The translations under genes were made by a program, and so were the position numbers. A stretch of 64,000 nucleotides of DNA from Synergistota bacterium (lineage in GTDB: Bacteria; Synergistota; Synergistia; Synergistales; Synergistaceae). The stretch covers positions 8,219 to 72,218 of the forward strand of contig JAEXGR010000026.1 of assembly GCA_023450745.1 (NCBI GenBank), written 5' to 3'. The first letter of the stretch is position 1. Every line of letters starts with the position of its first letter. Below the pieces are notes generated by a model that was not told the origin of the DNA, did not search any database, and was given only the letters and a program-made list of their open reading frames with translations. Positions 36,473 through 46,996 of the stretch are shown in pieces.

Positions 36473-37222
36473 TTATTCGTAGTCGACAACGTTGACCCAG
36501 TAGAGCAGAAATTCGCGCTCCTCCGGCTTGCCCTGCGCGAGCCTCTCGGCGGCGCGCAGCGGTATCCATTTCTGCACCTCCGTTTTGGATGCGCCGCTCT
36601 TTTCACAATAAAGGTCGAGGTAGCGGTCGGCCCCGTCGATCTCGCCGGCGAGCCAGAAGAGGAGGTAGGTGCGCGCCGCGTCCGCCGCGGGAACGCCCTG
36701 CGCCGCGTGAGACCAGTCGACGATGTAGTCCCGGCCATCGTCAGTGACGATGAGGTTGCTCGGCGCGAAGTCGCCGTGGCATATTTTGTCTCCGGCGGGC
36801 AGGGATTCCAGGCGCATGTGGAGCTCGTAAAGCGTTGCGGAGGGAAGCTCCGCCGCGAACAGGCTGTCGGCGAGGCGGTCCTTAAGCTTTTCCAGGCCGC
36901 GCGCTTTGGCGGCGTTTATTTTCAGCTGCGCCGCGACAAAACGCTCCAGGTATTCGGCGGCCCTTTCCGGAGCTTCGCCCATGAGGCGGTCCAGGGTTTT
37001 GCCCGCGATGAACTCGGAGACGATCGCCCATTTGCCCTCGGCGTTCGTCACCTCCAGCACCTTCGGCACGGGCAGCCCGCTCTCCTCGACCTTAGCGTGC
37101 GTCGCCGCCTCGGAGAGGATTTTCGCCTTTGAGTGGTCCCGGTCGAATAGTTTTATACATTTGTCCCCGTCGCGGAAGACGGTCTTTGATGTGCGTACCG
37201 CAATAATTTTTTCCAGCTTCAT
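36473..37222 (-). CDS. APH/choline-kinase-like phosphotransferase
   Basis: GLPVPKV, CHGDFAPSN, IVDW. Confidence 0.85.
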   Translation of the reverse strand: MKLEKIIAVRTSKTVFRDGDKCIKLFDRDHSKAKILSEAATHAKVEESGLPVPKVLEVTNAEGKWAIVSEFIAGKTLDRLMGEAPERAAEYLERFVAAQLKINAAKARGLEKLKDRLADSLFAAELPSATLYELHMRLESLPAGDKICHGDFAPSNLIVTDDGRDYIVDWSHAAQGVPAADAARTYLLFWLAGEIDGADRYLDLYCEKSGASKTEVQKWIPLRAAERLAQGKPEEREFLLYWVNVVDYE

Positions 37223-37237
37223 CTTCGTATCCTCCTC

Positions 37238-39853
37238 CTATTTTCCGTAGTAGGCTTTGAGGTACATTTCTTTGATCTCGGAAAGCAGCGGGTAACGCGG
37301 GTTCGCGCCCGTGCACTGGTCGTCGAAGGCCTGCTCCGTCATCTCGTCGAGCGTGGCTAAGAAATCCGCTTCGCCTATGCCGTAATCGCGAATCGTTTTT
37401 TTGATGCCGACGCGCTCTTTCAGCGCGTTGACGGCAGCAATGAGGCTCTCCAGCTTCTCGCCGTCGTCTTTGCCTTTGAGGCCGAGGTAATCCGCGACCT
37501 CCGCGTAGCGCGCCAGCGTATGGGGATAGGCGTACTGCGGGAAGGTTCCCATCTTCGAGGGGACCTCCTCGGCGTTGAAGCGCAGCACATATTCGATCAT
37601 GAGGGCGTTTGCCACGCCGTGCGGCAGGTGGTGGAAGGCGCCGAGCTTGTGGGCCATCGAGTGGCAGACGCCGAGGAAGGCGTTGGCAAAGGCCATGCCC
37701 GCCATCGTCGCGGCGTTGGCCATTTTTTCACGCGCCACGGGGTCGTGGGGGCCGTCGTCGTAGGCGCGCGGCAGGTATTCGAAGATTGACTTGAGCGACC
37801 TCAGCGCCAGCGCGTCGGTGTATTCCGTCGCGAGCATCGCCGCGTAAGCCTCGAGCGCGTGCGTTACGGCGTCGATGCCGGAGGCGGCGGTCAGCCCCTT
37901 GGGGGCGTTCATCATCATGTCGGCGTCCACGATCGCCATATTCGGCATCAGCTCGTAGTCCGCGAGCGGATACTTGACGCCCGTCTTTTCGTCGGTGATG
38001 ACGGCGAAGGGCGTCGCCTCCGAACCGGTGCCGGCGGAGGTCGGCACGGCGATGAAGCAAGCTTTTTCGCCCATCTTCGGGAAGGTGTAGGCGCGCTTTC
38101 TGATATCCATGAAGCGCATCGCCATATCCATGAAATCCGCCTCCGGGTGTTCGTAGAGGACCCACATGATCTTTCCGGCGTCCATCGCGGAGCCGCCGCC
38201 TAAGGCGATGATGCAGTCGGGGCCGAAGGCGCGCATGGCGGCCGCGCCCTCGCGCGCGCAGGCCAGCGTCGGGTCGGGGGCGACGTTGAAGAAGGTGGTG
38301 TGGGCGATGCCCATCTCGTCGAGGCGGTCGGTGATCGCCTTTGTATAGCCGTTGTTATAAAGGAAGGAGTCGGTGACGACGAAGACCCGCTTCTTGCCCA
38401 TGACCTCCTTCAGTTCGCGCAGGGCCACCGGCAGGCAGCCTTTCTTGATGTATAGTTTCTGAGGCGCGCGGAACCAGAGCATATTTTCTCTCCTCTCGGC
38501 AACAGTCTTAATATTCAGCAAATGCTTCACGCCGACGTTTTCAGAGACGGAATTTCCGCCCCAAGAACCGCAGCCCAGGGTCAGCGAGGGCGTGGTCTTG
38601 AAATTGTAAACGTCGCCGATGCCGCCGTGCGAAGAGGGCGTATTTACCAGCACGCGCCCCGTCTTCATGCGGGCCTTGAAATAGTCGAGCTTTTCGCGCT
38701 CCGTTACGGCGTTGAGGTAGACGGAGGAGGTGTGGCCGAAGCCGCCGTCGGCGACGAGGCGCTCCGCCTTCGCCACCGCTTCTTTGAAGTCCGCCGCCCG
38801 GTACATCGCCAGCACGGGCGAGAGCTTTTCGTGCGCGAACTCCTCGCTGATCTCCACGCTCTCGACCTCGCCGATAAGGATTTTCGTCTGTTCGGGGACG
38901 GTCACGCCGGCGAGCGCGGCGATCTTACAGGCGCTTTGTCCTACGATATTGGCGTTGAGCGCGCCGTTGACGATGATCGTCTTGCGCACCTGCTCCGTCT
39001 CCGTCTTGTTGAGGAAGAAGCAGCCGCGGCCGGCGAATTCTTTTTTGACCTTGTCGTATATCGCGTCAAGGGCGATGACCGACTGCTCGGAGGCGCAGAT
39101 CATGCCGTTGTCGAAGGTCTTGGAGTGGATGATGGAGTTTACCGCGAGCTGGATGTCGGCGCTTTCGTCGATGACGGCGGGGGTGTTGCCGGCGCCGACG
39201 CCGAGCGCCGGTTTGCCGCTCGAGTAGGCGGCCTTCACCATGCCGGGGCCGCCCGTCGCGAGGATGAGGTCCGCCTCCCTCATGACGGTGTTCGTCATTT
39301 CAAGCGAGGGCACGTCCACCCAGGCGATGATGTTCTCCGGCGCGCCGGCGGCGACCGCCGCCTCAAGCACGAGGCGCGCGGCCATGATCGTCGAGTTCTT
39401 TGCCCTCGGGTGCGGGCTGATGACGATGCCGTTGCGCGTCTTGAGCGCGAGCAGCGACTTGAAGATCGCCGTCGAAGTGGGGTTCGTCGTGGGGATGACC
39501 GCGGCGATGACGCCGACGGGCTCCGCCACCTTCTGCGTGCCGAAGGCCCTGTCTTCTTCAATGACGCCGCAGGTCTTCACGTCTTTGTAATAATTGTAGA
39601 TATATTCGGAGGCGAAATGGTTCTTGATCACCTTGTCCTCCACAATGCCCATGCCGGTCTCTTCGACGGCGGCCTTCGCGAGCGGGATGCGCGCCTTGTT
39701 GGCGGCCATCGCGGCGGCGAGAAAGATCTTGTCCACCTGTTCCTGCGTGTAGAGGGCGAACTTGCGCTGCGCCTCGCGTACCTCAGCCATCCTCGCGTTA
39801 AGCGACTCAACGCTGTCGACGATTCGCTCTTTTTTTACTTTTTCCTTTGTCAT
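37238..39853 (-). CDS. adhE: Bifunctional acetaldehyde-CoA/alcohol dehydrogenase
   Basis: PTTNPTST, FDNGMICASEQ, GCGSWGGNS, GGGSAMD, HSMAH...PHG, DQCTGANPR. Confidence 0.96.
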   Translation of the reverse strand: MTKEKVKKERIVDSVESLNARMAEVREAQRKFALYTQEQVDKIFLAAAMAANKARIPLAKAAVEETGMGIVEDKVIKNHFASEYIYNYYKDVKTCGVIEEDRAFGTQKVAEPVGVIAAVIPTTNPTSTAIFKSLLALKTRNGIVISPHPRAKNSTIMAARLVLEAAVAAGAPENIIAWVDVPSLEMTNTVMREADLILATGGPGMVKAAYSSGKPALGVGAGNTPAVIDESADIQLAVNSIIHSKTFDNGMICASEQSVIALDAIYDKVKKEFAGRGCFFLNKTETEQVRKTIIVNGALNANIVGQSACKIAALAGVTVPEQTKILIGEVESVEISEEFAHEKLSPVLAMYRAADFKEAVAKAERLVADGGFGHTSSVYLNAVTEREKLDYFKARMKTGRVLVNTPSSHGGIGDVYNFKTTPSLTLGCGSWGGNSVSENVGVKHLLNIKTVAERRENMLWFRAPQKLYIKKGCLPVALRELKEVMGKKRVFVVTDSFLYNNGYTKAITDRLDEMGIAHTTFFNVAPDPTLACAREGAAAMRAFGPDCIIALGGGSAMDAGKIMWVLYEHPEADFMDMAMRFMDIRKRAYTFPKMGEKACFIAVPTSAGTGSEATPFAVITDEKTGVKYPLADYELMPNMAIVDADMMMNAPKGLTAASGIDAVTHALEAYAAMLATEYTDALALRSLKSIFEYLPRAYDDGPHDPVAREKMANAATMAGMAFANAFLGVCHSMAHKLGAFHHLPHGVANALMIEYVLRFNAEEVPSKMGTFPQYAYPHTLARYAEVADYLGLKGKDDGEKLESLIAAVNALKERVGIKKTIRDYGIGEADFLATLDEMTEQAFDDQCTGANPRYPLLSEIKEMYLKAYYGK

Positions 39854-40307
39854 TCTTAACACTCCTGTCCGGTTTTACCCAAATAGAAAGTTACGCGCTC
39901 ATTTGAGAACGTGAAAAAGATCTCAAACTCAATGAGTAAATAATAAAAGCGGAGGCCCCTTTTATGAAGGTATGAAAAGAGAATATCGGTATGCATATAT
40001 CGATATATTGTTATCTATATTGGATCATTACAAATAAGCCCCCGCGTTGTCAAGCAATGCTGATTTTTGCCTGGTTTTGCCTGTATTAATGTTTAGCGTA
40101 TACTTTTAGCGGTGACTCTTATATCCGCCAGCCTAAGGCATTTTGCCGCCTGAAAACGAAAGCGGCAGACGGGCGGCGTAAACTATATAATGGAGGCGTC
40201 ACTGGCCGCCTTTGGCGGCGGTGCAAAAAGCGCCGCCGGGTAGGTAAGACAGCTTGGGAAAAATAACCGTACGTCGCTTAAAATAAAAACAGAGGGAGTG
40301 TTTTACG

Positions 40308-40565
40308 ATGGTGGAATTCAGCTATGTAATCAAAGACCCGGCGGGCATCCACGCGCGTCCGGCGGGGCAGCTCGTCAAAGAGGCGGCGAAATTCGCGAGC
40401 GGCATCAAAATCGCGAAGGGCGAAAAGCGCGGCGACCTCAAGCGGATATTCTCCGTCATGGGGCTGGGCGCGAAGTGCGGCGAAACGGTGACCATCAGCG
40501 TCGAGGGCCCCGACGAAGAGGCCGCGGCGCGCGCCGTGGAAGAGTTTCTCAAGGCCAATATGTGA
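40308..40565 (+). CDS. ptsH: PTS phosphocarrier HPr
   Basis: GIHARPA (His15), EGPDEE; 85 aa. Confidence 0.92.
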   Translation: MVEFSYVIKDPAGIHARPAGQLVKEAAKFASGIKIAKGEKRGDLKRIFSVMGLGAKCGETVTISVEGPDEEAAARAVEEFLKANM

Positions 40566-40602
40566 GCGGCGGCGCGGGCCCGGACACGCGGATAAGGAGT
40601 GG

Positions 40603-42240
40603 GTGAAGATGATCGAGATTACCGGCGTCAGCGTATTTCCCGGAGTGGCGGTGGGGCCGCTTTGTTTCTATCAGCAGGAGCGCCGCCGCCCCGAGCGCGT
40701 GGAGGCGGCTGACCGCGAGGCCGAGCGGGCGCGTTTTGAAAAGGCGCGTCAGGAGGCGGACGGAGAGCTGGAAAGGCTCTACGAGAAGGCGGTTAAAGAG
40801 GCCGGCGAGGCAAGCGCGGCGATCTTCGACATCCACCGCATGATGCTTTCCGACCCCGACTTTGTCGATTCCGTAAGCGGCGTCATCGCCGCGCAGGGCG
40901 TGAGCGCCGAGTACGCTGTGAGCCGCGCGGCGGCGGATTTCGCGCAGATGTTTTCCTCGATGGACGACGCCTATATGAGCGGGCGGGCCGCCGACGTGGC
41001 GGATATCGCCGACCGGGTGATCGCGAAGCTCTCGCCCGGCGGCGCGAAGGGGCCGCAATTTGGCGCGCCCGCCATCCTCGCCGCGCTGGACCTTTCGCCG
41101 AGCGAGACGGTACAGCTGGAAAAGGATAAGGTGCTGGGTTTCGTCACCGCCCGCGGCTCCGAAAACTCCCACACCGCGATCCTCGCGCGCGCGATGGCGA
41201 TTCCCGCGGTGGTAAACGCCGGCGAAAGGCTTCTGCCGGAATACGACGGCAGGCTCGCGGCGCTCGACGGCTTCACGGGAACGCTTTATATTGAGCCGGA
41301 CGCCAAGACGCTCGCGGCGATGGACAAGAAGCGCGCGGAATATATGCAAAAGCGCGCGCGGCTTGCGGAGCTCAAGGGAGAGCCGAACGTTACGCGCGAC
41401 GGCCGCCGCGTCAAGGTCTTCGCCAACGCCGGCAGCATCGCGGACCTCGCCTTTGCCCTCGAAAACGACGCCGAGGGCGTCGGTCTCTTCCGCAGCGAGT
41501 TTATCTATATGGAGGAGAGTTCTTTTCCCAGCGAGGAGCGGCAGTTCGAGATCTACAGGCAGGCCGTGGAGACGATGGGGGCGAAACAGGTCGTCATCAG
41601 GACGCTCGACATCGGCGCCGACAAGCAGGCCCCCTATTTCGGCCTGCCGCGCGAGCAGAATCCGGCGATGGGCATGAGGGCGATACGCGTCTGCCTCACG
41701 CGCCCGGAGATATTCAAAACGCAGCTGCGCGCGCTCTTTCGCGCCTCGGTCTACGGCAATCTGGCGATCATGTTTCCGATGATAACCTCGCCGCTTGAGG
41801 TGGACGAGGCGCTGGCGATCGCCGCTGAGGTAAAAGAGTCGCTGCGGCGGGAAAAGATCCCCTTCCGCGAGGATGTGAGCGCGGGCGTCATGATCGAGAC
41901 CCCCGCCGCGGTGATGATGAGCGCCGAGCTCGCGGCGCGGGCAGATTTTTTCAGCGTCGGCACCAACGACCTCACGCAGTACGCGCTGGCCGCCGACAGA
42001 CAGAACCAGCAGATCGCGCGCTTTTACGACCCGCGCAGCGAGGCGGTGCTGCGGATGATCAAAATCGCCGCCGACAACGCCCACGCCGCCGGCAAGTGGA
42101 TCGGCGTCTGCGGCGAGATGGGGGCCGACACCGAACTGACGGAGAGGCTCCTGCGCATGGGAATCGACGAGATCTCCGTCTCCGCCGGCGCGGTGCTCTC
42201 TCTGCGGCAGAAGATTCGCTCGCTCGACCTCTCCCAATAG
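40603..42240 (+). CDS. ptsI: PTS enzyme I
   Basis: SHTAILAR, GVGLFRSE, RTLDIGADK, MIETP, SVGTNDLTQY, VCGE. Confidence 0.95.
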   Translation: MKMIEITGVSVFPGVAVGPLCFYQQERRRPERVEAADREAERARFEKARQEADGELERLYEKAVKEAGEASAAIFDIHRMMLSDPDFVDSVSGVIAAQGVSAEYAVSRAAADFAQMFSSMDDAYMSGRAADVADIADRVIAKLSPGGAKGPQFGAPAILAALDLSPSETVQLEKDKVLGFVTARGSENSHTAILARAMAIPAVVNAGERLLPEYDGRLAALDGFTGTLYIEPDAKTLAAMDKKRAEYMQKRARLAELKGEPNVTRDGRRVKVFANAGSIADLAFALENDAEGVGLFRSEFIYMEESSFPSEERQFEIYRQAVETMGAKQVVIRTLDIGADKQAPYFGLPREQNPAMGMRAIRVCLTRPEIFKTQLRALFRASVYGNLAIMFPMITSPLEVDEALAIAAEVKESLRREKIPFREDVSAGVMIETPAAVMMSAELAARADFFSVGTNDLTQYALAADRQNQQIARFYDPRSEAVLRMIKIAADNAHAAGKWIGVCGEMGADTELTERLLRMGIDEISVSAGAVLSLRQKIRSLDLSQ

Positions 42241-42345
42241 CGGCGGCCCCGGCCGGTCTAACGTTCAATATTAAATCGGCCGGGGCGGTTTTTGACGTCC
42301 CGGAGAATTGCCCGTTTCCCTATGGCGAGGGCGCGAAGGGGGAGA

Positions 42346-43113
42346 TTAGATCTCTCCCAGCAGCTTGGCGCGGGTTTCGGCCGCCTCTTTCTGCCCCATT
42401 TTTTTCATCGAAAGCGGCGAGATGCCGGTGGCGATGAAGGCGACCTTTTCCGCGAGGTTCAGGACGTGGTCGGAGATTCTTGACAGGTGGCGCAGTATCC
42501 ACATTGAGGCGAAGAGCTTGCCCGTCGTTATATCCTGAGGGTTTGTCGGCACGGAGTTGCGCATCAGCTCTTCGACGGCGCTGTCCCTGATTTGATGCAC
42601 CTTTTTCCGGTGATCGCGCGTCGACGTCACGATGGAGGCGTCCTCTTTCACAAAGGCTGCGAGCGCCTCTTTCAGCATCTTCCTGTCGTGCTCCGCCATT
42701 TCGTTTATCTCGTCCATCATGGGGCAGTCCCTGCCGGGGTCTATCGCCGCGAGTTTTTTGAGGCGCAGCGAGACGTTTACCGCCTGGTCGCCGATGCGCT
42801 CGAGGTCCGTGATGATCTTCATGACGGCGTAGACGAAGCGGAGGTCTTCGCGCATCGGCTGGCGCATCGCGATCGAGTAGAGGCATTCCTGATCTATCTG
42901 TTCCTCCATCTCGTCGATGACGTCGTCTCCGTCGATCACGCTCTGCGCCAGCGGCAGGTCGAAGGCGCGCAGGGCTTTAAGCGCCCCTTCGAGCGCCTCG
43001 GAGGCCAGGTTTCCCATTTTGCAGACCATGTTTATCAGCCTCGCCTTGTCCGAGGCGTAAAGATACGCCTCCAGGTCCTGTTCCTTGGCTTTCTTCTTGT
43101 CGAGCAGCGCCAT
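42346..43113 (-). CDS. phoU: Phosphate signalling protein PhoU
   Basis: D..ID.MEEQID, RQPMREDLR, DLERIGD; second repeat LSRISDH..NLAE. Confidence 0.92.
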   Translation of the reverse strand: MALLDKKKAKEQDLEAYLYASDKARLINMVCKMGNLASEALEGALKALRAFDLPLAQSVIDGDDVIDEMEEQIDQECLYSIAMRQPMREDLRFVYAVMKIITDLERIGDQAVNVSLRLKKLAAIDPGRDCPMMDEINEMAEHDRKMLKEALAAFVKEDASIVTSTRDHRKKVHQIRDSAVEELMRNSVPTNPQDITTGKLFASMWILRHLSRISDHVLNLAEKVAFIATGISPLSMKKMGQKEAAETRAKLLGEI

Positions 43114-43116
43114 CTC

Positions 43117-44733
43117 TTATTCCTCCGTTTCGCGTGCGCAGCCGCACTCTTTTTGTTCCGGCATTCCTATGTCCTCGTCCTCGGCCATTATTTTGGCCAT
43201 GCCGAGGAAGCTCTGCATCAGAGAGACCATCCTGATCGCCCGCGACACCTGCCGGTCGTAGGAGACGTCGCTCAGCTCGCGCCGGAGCTGCCCCGACATC
43301 TGGTTCATCTCTATTTCAAGGCTTTCGGTCCTGTTGATGAGCGCCTTTTCGCCGATCACGAAGGCTCTGAGGCTGGTGCGCATCATCCGGCGGGCGAGCT
43401 TCGCCCACTTTTCCCACCGCTCTTCTCCGAGCTGAGTCTCCAGCACCTTGCGCGCCTCTTCGCCGCTGAGGAAGTCTTTCAGTCCGCCGCAGAGGGTGCG
43501 GGACATGATCCTCATCACGGACATCGTGTGGCTGATCGACGAAAATTTCCGTTTCAGCTCCGGATTGTCGCCCTGTATATGGATTTTGTAGCAGTACTCC
43601 TGGCAGGCGTCGCTGAGTTCGTCGATGTTTTCAGGCAGCGCGCCGAATAATTTCTTGTTTCGCTGCTGCGGTTCGAGCAGCATTTGGAGATAGGCCTCCA
43701 TGTAGTTTGCGAGCCGCGTCATTTCACGCGAGAGGAGAATCACGGAGATAAAGGGGACGGCGAGCATCCCGTCGTCCAGATATTTCGGCTGGCCGAGGTC
43801 GCCCTCGCCGCCGATGCACCTGACCGCAAGCGTGCTGAACTGTCCCGTAAACGGCAGGAAGAGGGCGATGTTGAAGAGGGCGATGAGCACCTGCCCGTAT
43901 ACGAGCTGGTTGGCCACGGAGACCCCGGCCCCGGACATCCGGCATTCCACCCACGGAGCCGCGGCGATAAAGAGCAGCCCGCCGATGAGCTTGTATAGGA
44001 AGGTCGCCAGCCCGAGCCGTTTGGCGCTGAGTTTGCCGCCAAGCCCCGCGAGCACCACCATCGTCGTCGAGCCGATGTGCGCGCCCAGCGCCACCGGCAG
44101 CGCCGACCCCGCCGGCAGCACGCCGGAAGCGGCGAGCGTGATTCCCAGCGCCATGATCGCCGAGCTGCTTTGGAGGAGGCCCGCCCCCATGAAGGAGGCG
44201 AAGCCCACCATCCACGCGTTCGCGGCAAAGGCGGTCACGGTGTTTCGGAATTCCGCGTTCTGAAACATCGGCGCCGTGCCCAGGCCGATCACGAGCATTC
44301 CCATGAAGATAAGCGCCAGGCAGCGTATCAGCCCCGCGCTGAGCCACACCCAACGCCTCTTTGCCTTTGAGAGGAAAAATCCGAGGGCGAAGAGCAACGG
44401 CGCGTAGTCGAAGAGGTTCAGGCTCAGCAGGAAGGAGACGAAGGTGCCGCCGAGGCTCGCCCCCATCATTACGAAGATGGAGCCGGCAAAGGAGAGCATC
44501 CCCGCGTCAACGAAGCCTACGGCGAAGGAGGTGGCGATCGTGCTGCTCTGCGTAATCGCCGAGAGCAGCACTCCGAAACAGAATGACCGGCATTTGCCGG
44601 AGGTGTAGCGTCCGATCTTGTCGCGGAACTCGCCGCCGAAGTTGCTTTTAAAGAAGGCGGAGCTTTCCTGTACTCCGAAGAGGAAGAGCGCAAGTCCACC
44701 CGCGATGTATATTAAATTATAGAGAAAGGTCAA
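43117..44733 (-). CDS. Na+/Pi cotransporter family protein
   Basis: GGLALFLFG, two QSS motifs, GASLGGT and GAHIGST, helical C-terminal domain. TTG start at 44733 after GAGGGTG; the ORF track start is 44766. Confidence 0.85.
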   Translation of the reverse strand: MTFLYNLIYIAGGLALFLFGVQESSAFFKSNFGGEFRDKIGRYTSGKCRSFCFGVLLSAITQSSTIATSFAVGFVDAGMLSFAGSIFVMMGASLGGTFVSFLLSLNLFDYAPLLFALGFFLSKAKRRWVWLSAGLIRCLALIFMGMLVIGLGTAPMFQNAEFRNTVTAFAANAWMVGFASFMGAGLLQSSSAIMALGITLAASGVLPAGSALPVALGAHIGSTTMVVLAGLGGKLSAKRLGLATFLYKLIGGLLFIAAAPWVECRMSGAGVSVANQLVYGQVLIALFNIALFLPFTGQFSTLAVRCIGGEGDLGQPKYLDDGMLAVPFISVILLSREMTRLANYMEAYLQMLLEPQQRNKKLFGALPENIDELSDACQEYCYKIHIQGDNPELKRKFSSISHTMSVMRIMSRTLCGGLKDFLSGEEARKVLETQLGEERWEKWAKLARRMMRTSLRAFVIGEKALINRTESLEIEMNQMSGQLRRELSDVSYDRQVSRAIRMVSLMQSFLGMAKIMAEDEDIGMPEQKECGCARETEE

Positions 44734-44839
44734 CTTATCACCCTCTTCATTTTTTGTATATTCCATCTAAAGCGGCGTCTCTTTAAAAATGACGCCGCTT
44801 TAGCGAGTTCTTTGCGACCGGGCCGCGCCGGCGTTTAGC

Positions 44840-46357
44840 CTATATTTTTTCTTCCCTTTTCCGTGCCGCGTTTTTTCCCTTGAGCGCCCGGAAGAGCGGC
44901 GTGCAGAGAGAAAGCGCGGAGAGTCCCAGCAGCACCGCGGAGAGCGGGCGCGTGAAGAACATCGCGGGGCCGTCCATCACGAGCGTCATTTGCAGATTCA
45001 TCTCGATGAGCGTTCCCAGCACGAGCCCCAAAACGATGGGCGACGAGGGGTAGTGAAACTTGTTCAGCAGCCATCCGGCCACGCCGAAGACGACGCAGAC
45101 GCCGACGTCGAAGGTCGACGAGCGTACGGCGAAGCTGCCGATGATCGAAAAGGCGAAGATCATCGGGTAGAGGATGCTCTTGGGCACCATCGTCACCTTG
45201 ATCCAAACACGCGAGCCGAGCCAGCCGACGAGCAGCAGCACGAGGTTGGCGACGAAGAGGCTCGCAAAGAGCGTATAGACGATCTCCGGGTGCTTGCTGA
45301 AGAGTTCCGGCCCCGGGCGCAGTTCGTGAATCATGAGCGCGCCGATGAGCACCGCCGTGGAGGCGCTGCCCGGAATGCCCAGCGTGAGGAGCGGCACCAG
45401 GGCTCCGCCCACGGACGAGCTGTTGGAGGCTTCGGCCGCCGTGACGCCTTCGAGGCTGCCCTTGCCGAACATCTCGGGGGTCTTGCTGAGCCGTTTTTCG
45501 ACGTCATAGGCGATGAACGAAGCGATTGTGCCGCCGGCGCCGGGGAAGATTCCGATGATGGTGCCCAAGACGCCGGAGCGGATCATGCCCCATTTCAGGC
45601 TTAGGTATGTCTTCATGGTCGGCCACGAGGAGAGCCCGTCGTCGGAGACGCTGTCAAAGGCCTTGAAGTTGCCCTCTTCAATGTTGGCAAACACTTCGCT
45701 CAGGGCAAAGAGCCCGATGAGCGCGGGGATAAAGGAGAAGCCGTCGTAGAGCCTGATGACGTCGAAGGTATATCGTGAGACGCCGCTTACGTGGTCAAGC
45801 CCCACCGTGTTGAGCAGCAGGCCGAGAAGCACCGCGATGAGCGCTTCGAGCCATTTGCCGCCGCCGAGCGAGGCGACCGTCGTCAGCCCGAGGACGGCCA
45901 GCGCGAAGTACTCCGCGGGCCAGAACTTCAGCGCGAAGTTCGCCAGCGGCGCGGAGAAGCAGATCAGGATGATGATGCCGACGAAGCCGCCGACGACCGA
46001 GGCGACGAGCGAGACGCCCAGCGCGTCGCCGGCGCGCCCGCTCTTGGCGAGCGGATAACCGTCGAAGGCCGTGACGACGGCGGAGGGCGTGCCCGGCGTA
46101 TTTATCGTGACCGCGGTGATCGAGCCGCCGTAGTTTGAGGCGAGATATATCGCGCAAAGCATTACCAGCCCCATCGTCGGACTCATGCCGAAGGTGAAGG
46201 GAAGCAGTATCGCGACCGCCATCGAGGGCGATACTCCGGGCATGGCGCCGCCGAGGATGCCGACGATCACGCCGGCCACGATCGCGGCCAAGGGCCCGAA
46301 CCCGGCGAGATTGCGAAGCCCCGCTAAAAGGGCGCTCAACATTTCCATAACCGTCAC
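44840..46357 (-). CDS. tctA: Tripartite tricarboxylate transporter large subunit
   Basis: GAMPG, YGGSITAVTINTPGTPS, DGYPLA, AEASNSS, LTLGIPGS. Confidence 0.94.
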   Translation of the reverse strand: MTVMEMLSALLAGLRNLAGFGPLAAIVAGVIVGILGGAMPGVSPSMAVAILLPFTFGMSPTMGLVMLCAIYLASNYGGSITAVTINTPGTPSAVVTAFDGYPLAKSGRAGDALGVSLVASVVGGFVGIIILICFSAPLANFALKFWPAEYFALAVLGLTTVASLGGGKWLEALIAVLLGLLLNTVGLDHVSGVSRYTFDVIRLYDGFSFIPALIGLFALSEVFANIEEGNFKAFDSVSDDGLSSWPTMKTYLSLKWGMIRSGVLGTIIGIFPGAGGTIASFIAYDVEKRLSKTPEMFGKGSLEGVTAAEASNSSSVGGALVPLLTLGIPGSASTAVLIGALMIHELRPGPELFSKHPEIVYTLFASLFVANLVLLLVGWLGSRVWIKVTMVPKSILYPMIFAFSIIGSFAVRSSTFDVGVCVVFGVAGWLLNKFHYPSSPIVLGLVLGTLIEMNLQMTLVMDGPAMFFTRPLSAVLLGLSALSLCTPLFRALKGKNAARKREEKI

Positions 46358-46363
46358 GCTCCC

Positions 46364-46924
46364 TTACTTAAAGAGACTGCCGACCGGCAGCCCGAGCAGC
46401 AAAAGCTTGTTGAATACCAGCCAGGTGACGGCGATCCACACGCAGACGGTTCCCGCCATCAGCGGAACGCGGCGCTCTCCCATGAGGAGCATGAGCGCGG
46501 TGATCATCGCGCCGGTGCAGATGAAAAAACCCAGCCTGTCGAACAGGGCGATCGCGGCGAAGACGACGGCGACGGTCAGGGCGACTTTGCCGAGGCGTCC
46601 GTACTTGACCGGCTGATAATCTTTTTGATTCCATATCTTTATAAACTGCAGCGCCGAACAAACGAACAGCGAGCCGCCCCAGAGAAGGGGAACGAGCCGC
46701 GGGTCGCTTTCCGCCTCCGCCGCGCCCTCGAAGCCGAATGAAAGAAGGATAAACGCGGCCGAGAATTCGATAATTAAAAATGCCGCCAGCAGTGAATCAA
46801 GCCTGTCGGACTTGCCCATCGCCGCGGATACGCGGGCGGCGAAGGCGGCGGTCAGGCCGCAAGCTATACAGAGTATCAGCGCTCCTGCCGGCTTTCCGAG
46901 GTAGAGCGCGGCTTCCTGTATCAT
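46364..46924 (-). CDS. tctB: TTT small membrane subunit
   Basis: Hydrophobic, PRLVP, LGF...F.KLL.LGLP.G; lies between tctC and tctA. Confidence 0.8.
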   Translation of the reverse strand: MIQEAALYLGKPAGALILCIACGLTAAFAARVSAAMGKSDRLDSLLAAFLIIEFSAAFILLSFGFEGAAEAESDPRLVPLLWGGSLFVCSALQFIKIWNQKDYQPVKYGRLGKVALTVAVVFAAIALFDRLGFFICTGAMITALMLLMGERRVPLMAGTVCVWIAVTWLVFNKLLLLGLPVGSLFK

Positions 46925-46996
46925 AAAATCACTCTCTTTCGTCTCTCCGCCCCTTTTTGAAACACAAGGGGCGGAGCATAGATCGTCGGTTCCCGA

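Noticed and set aside
36473..37222. Aminoglycoside resistance gene
   Set aside because: Only the generic APH/choline-kinase fold motifs are present, and the context is a fermentation operon.
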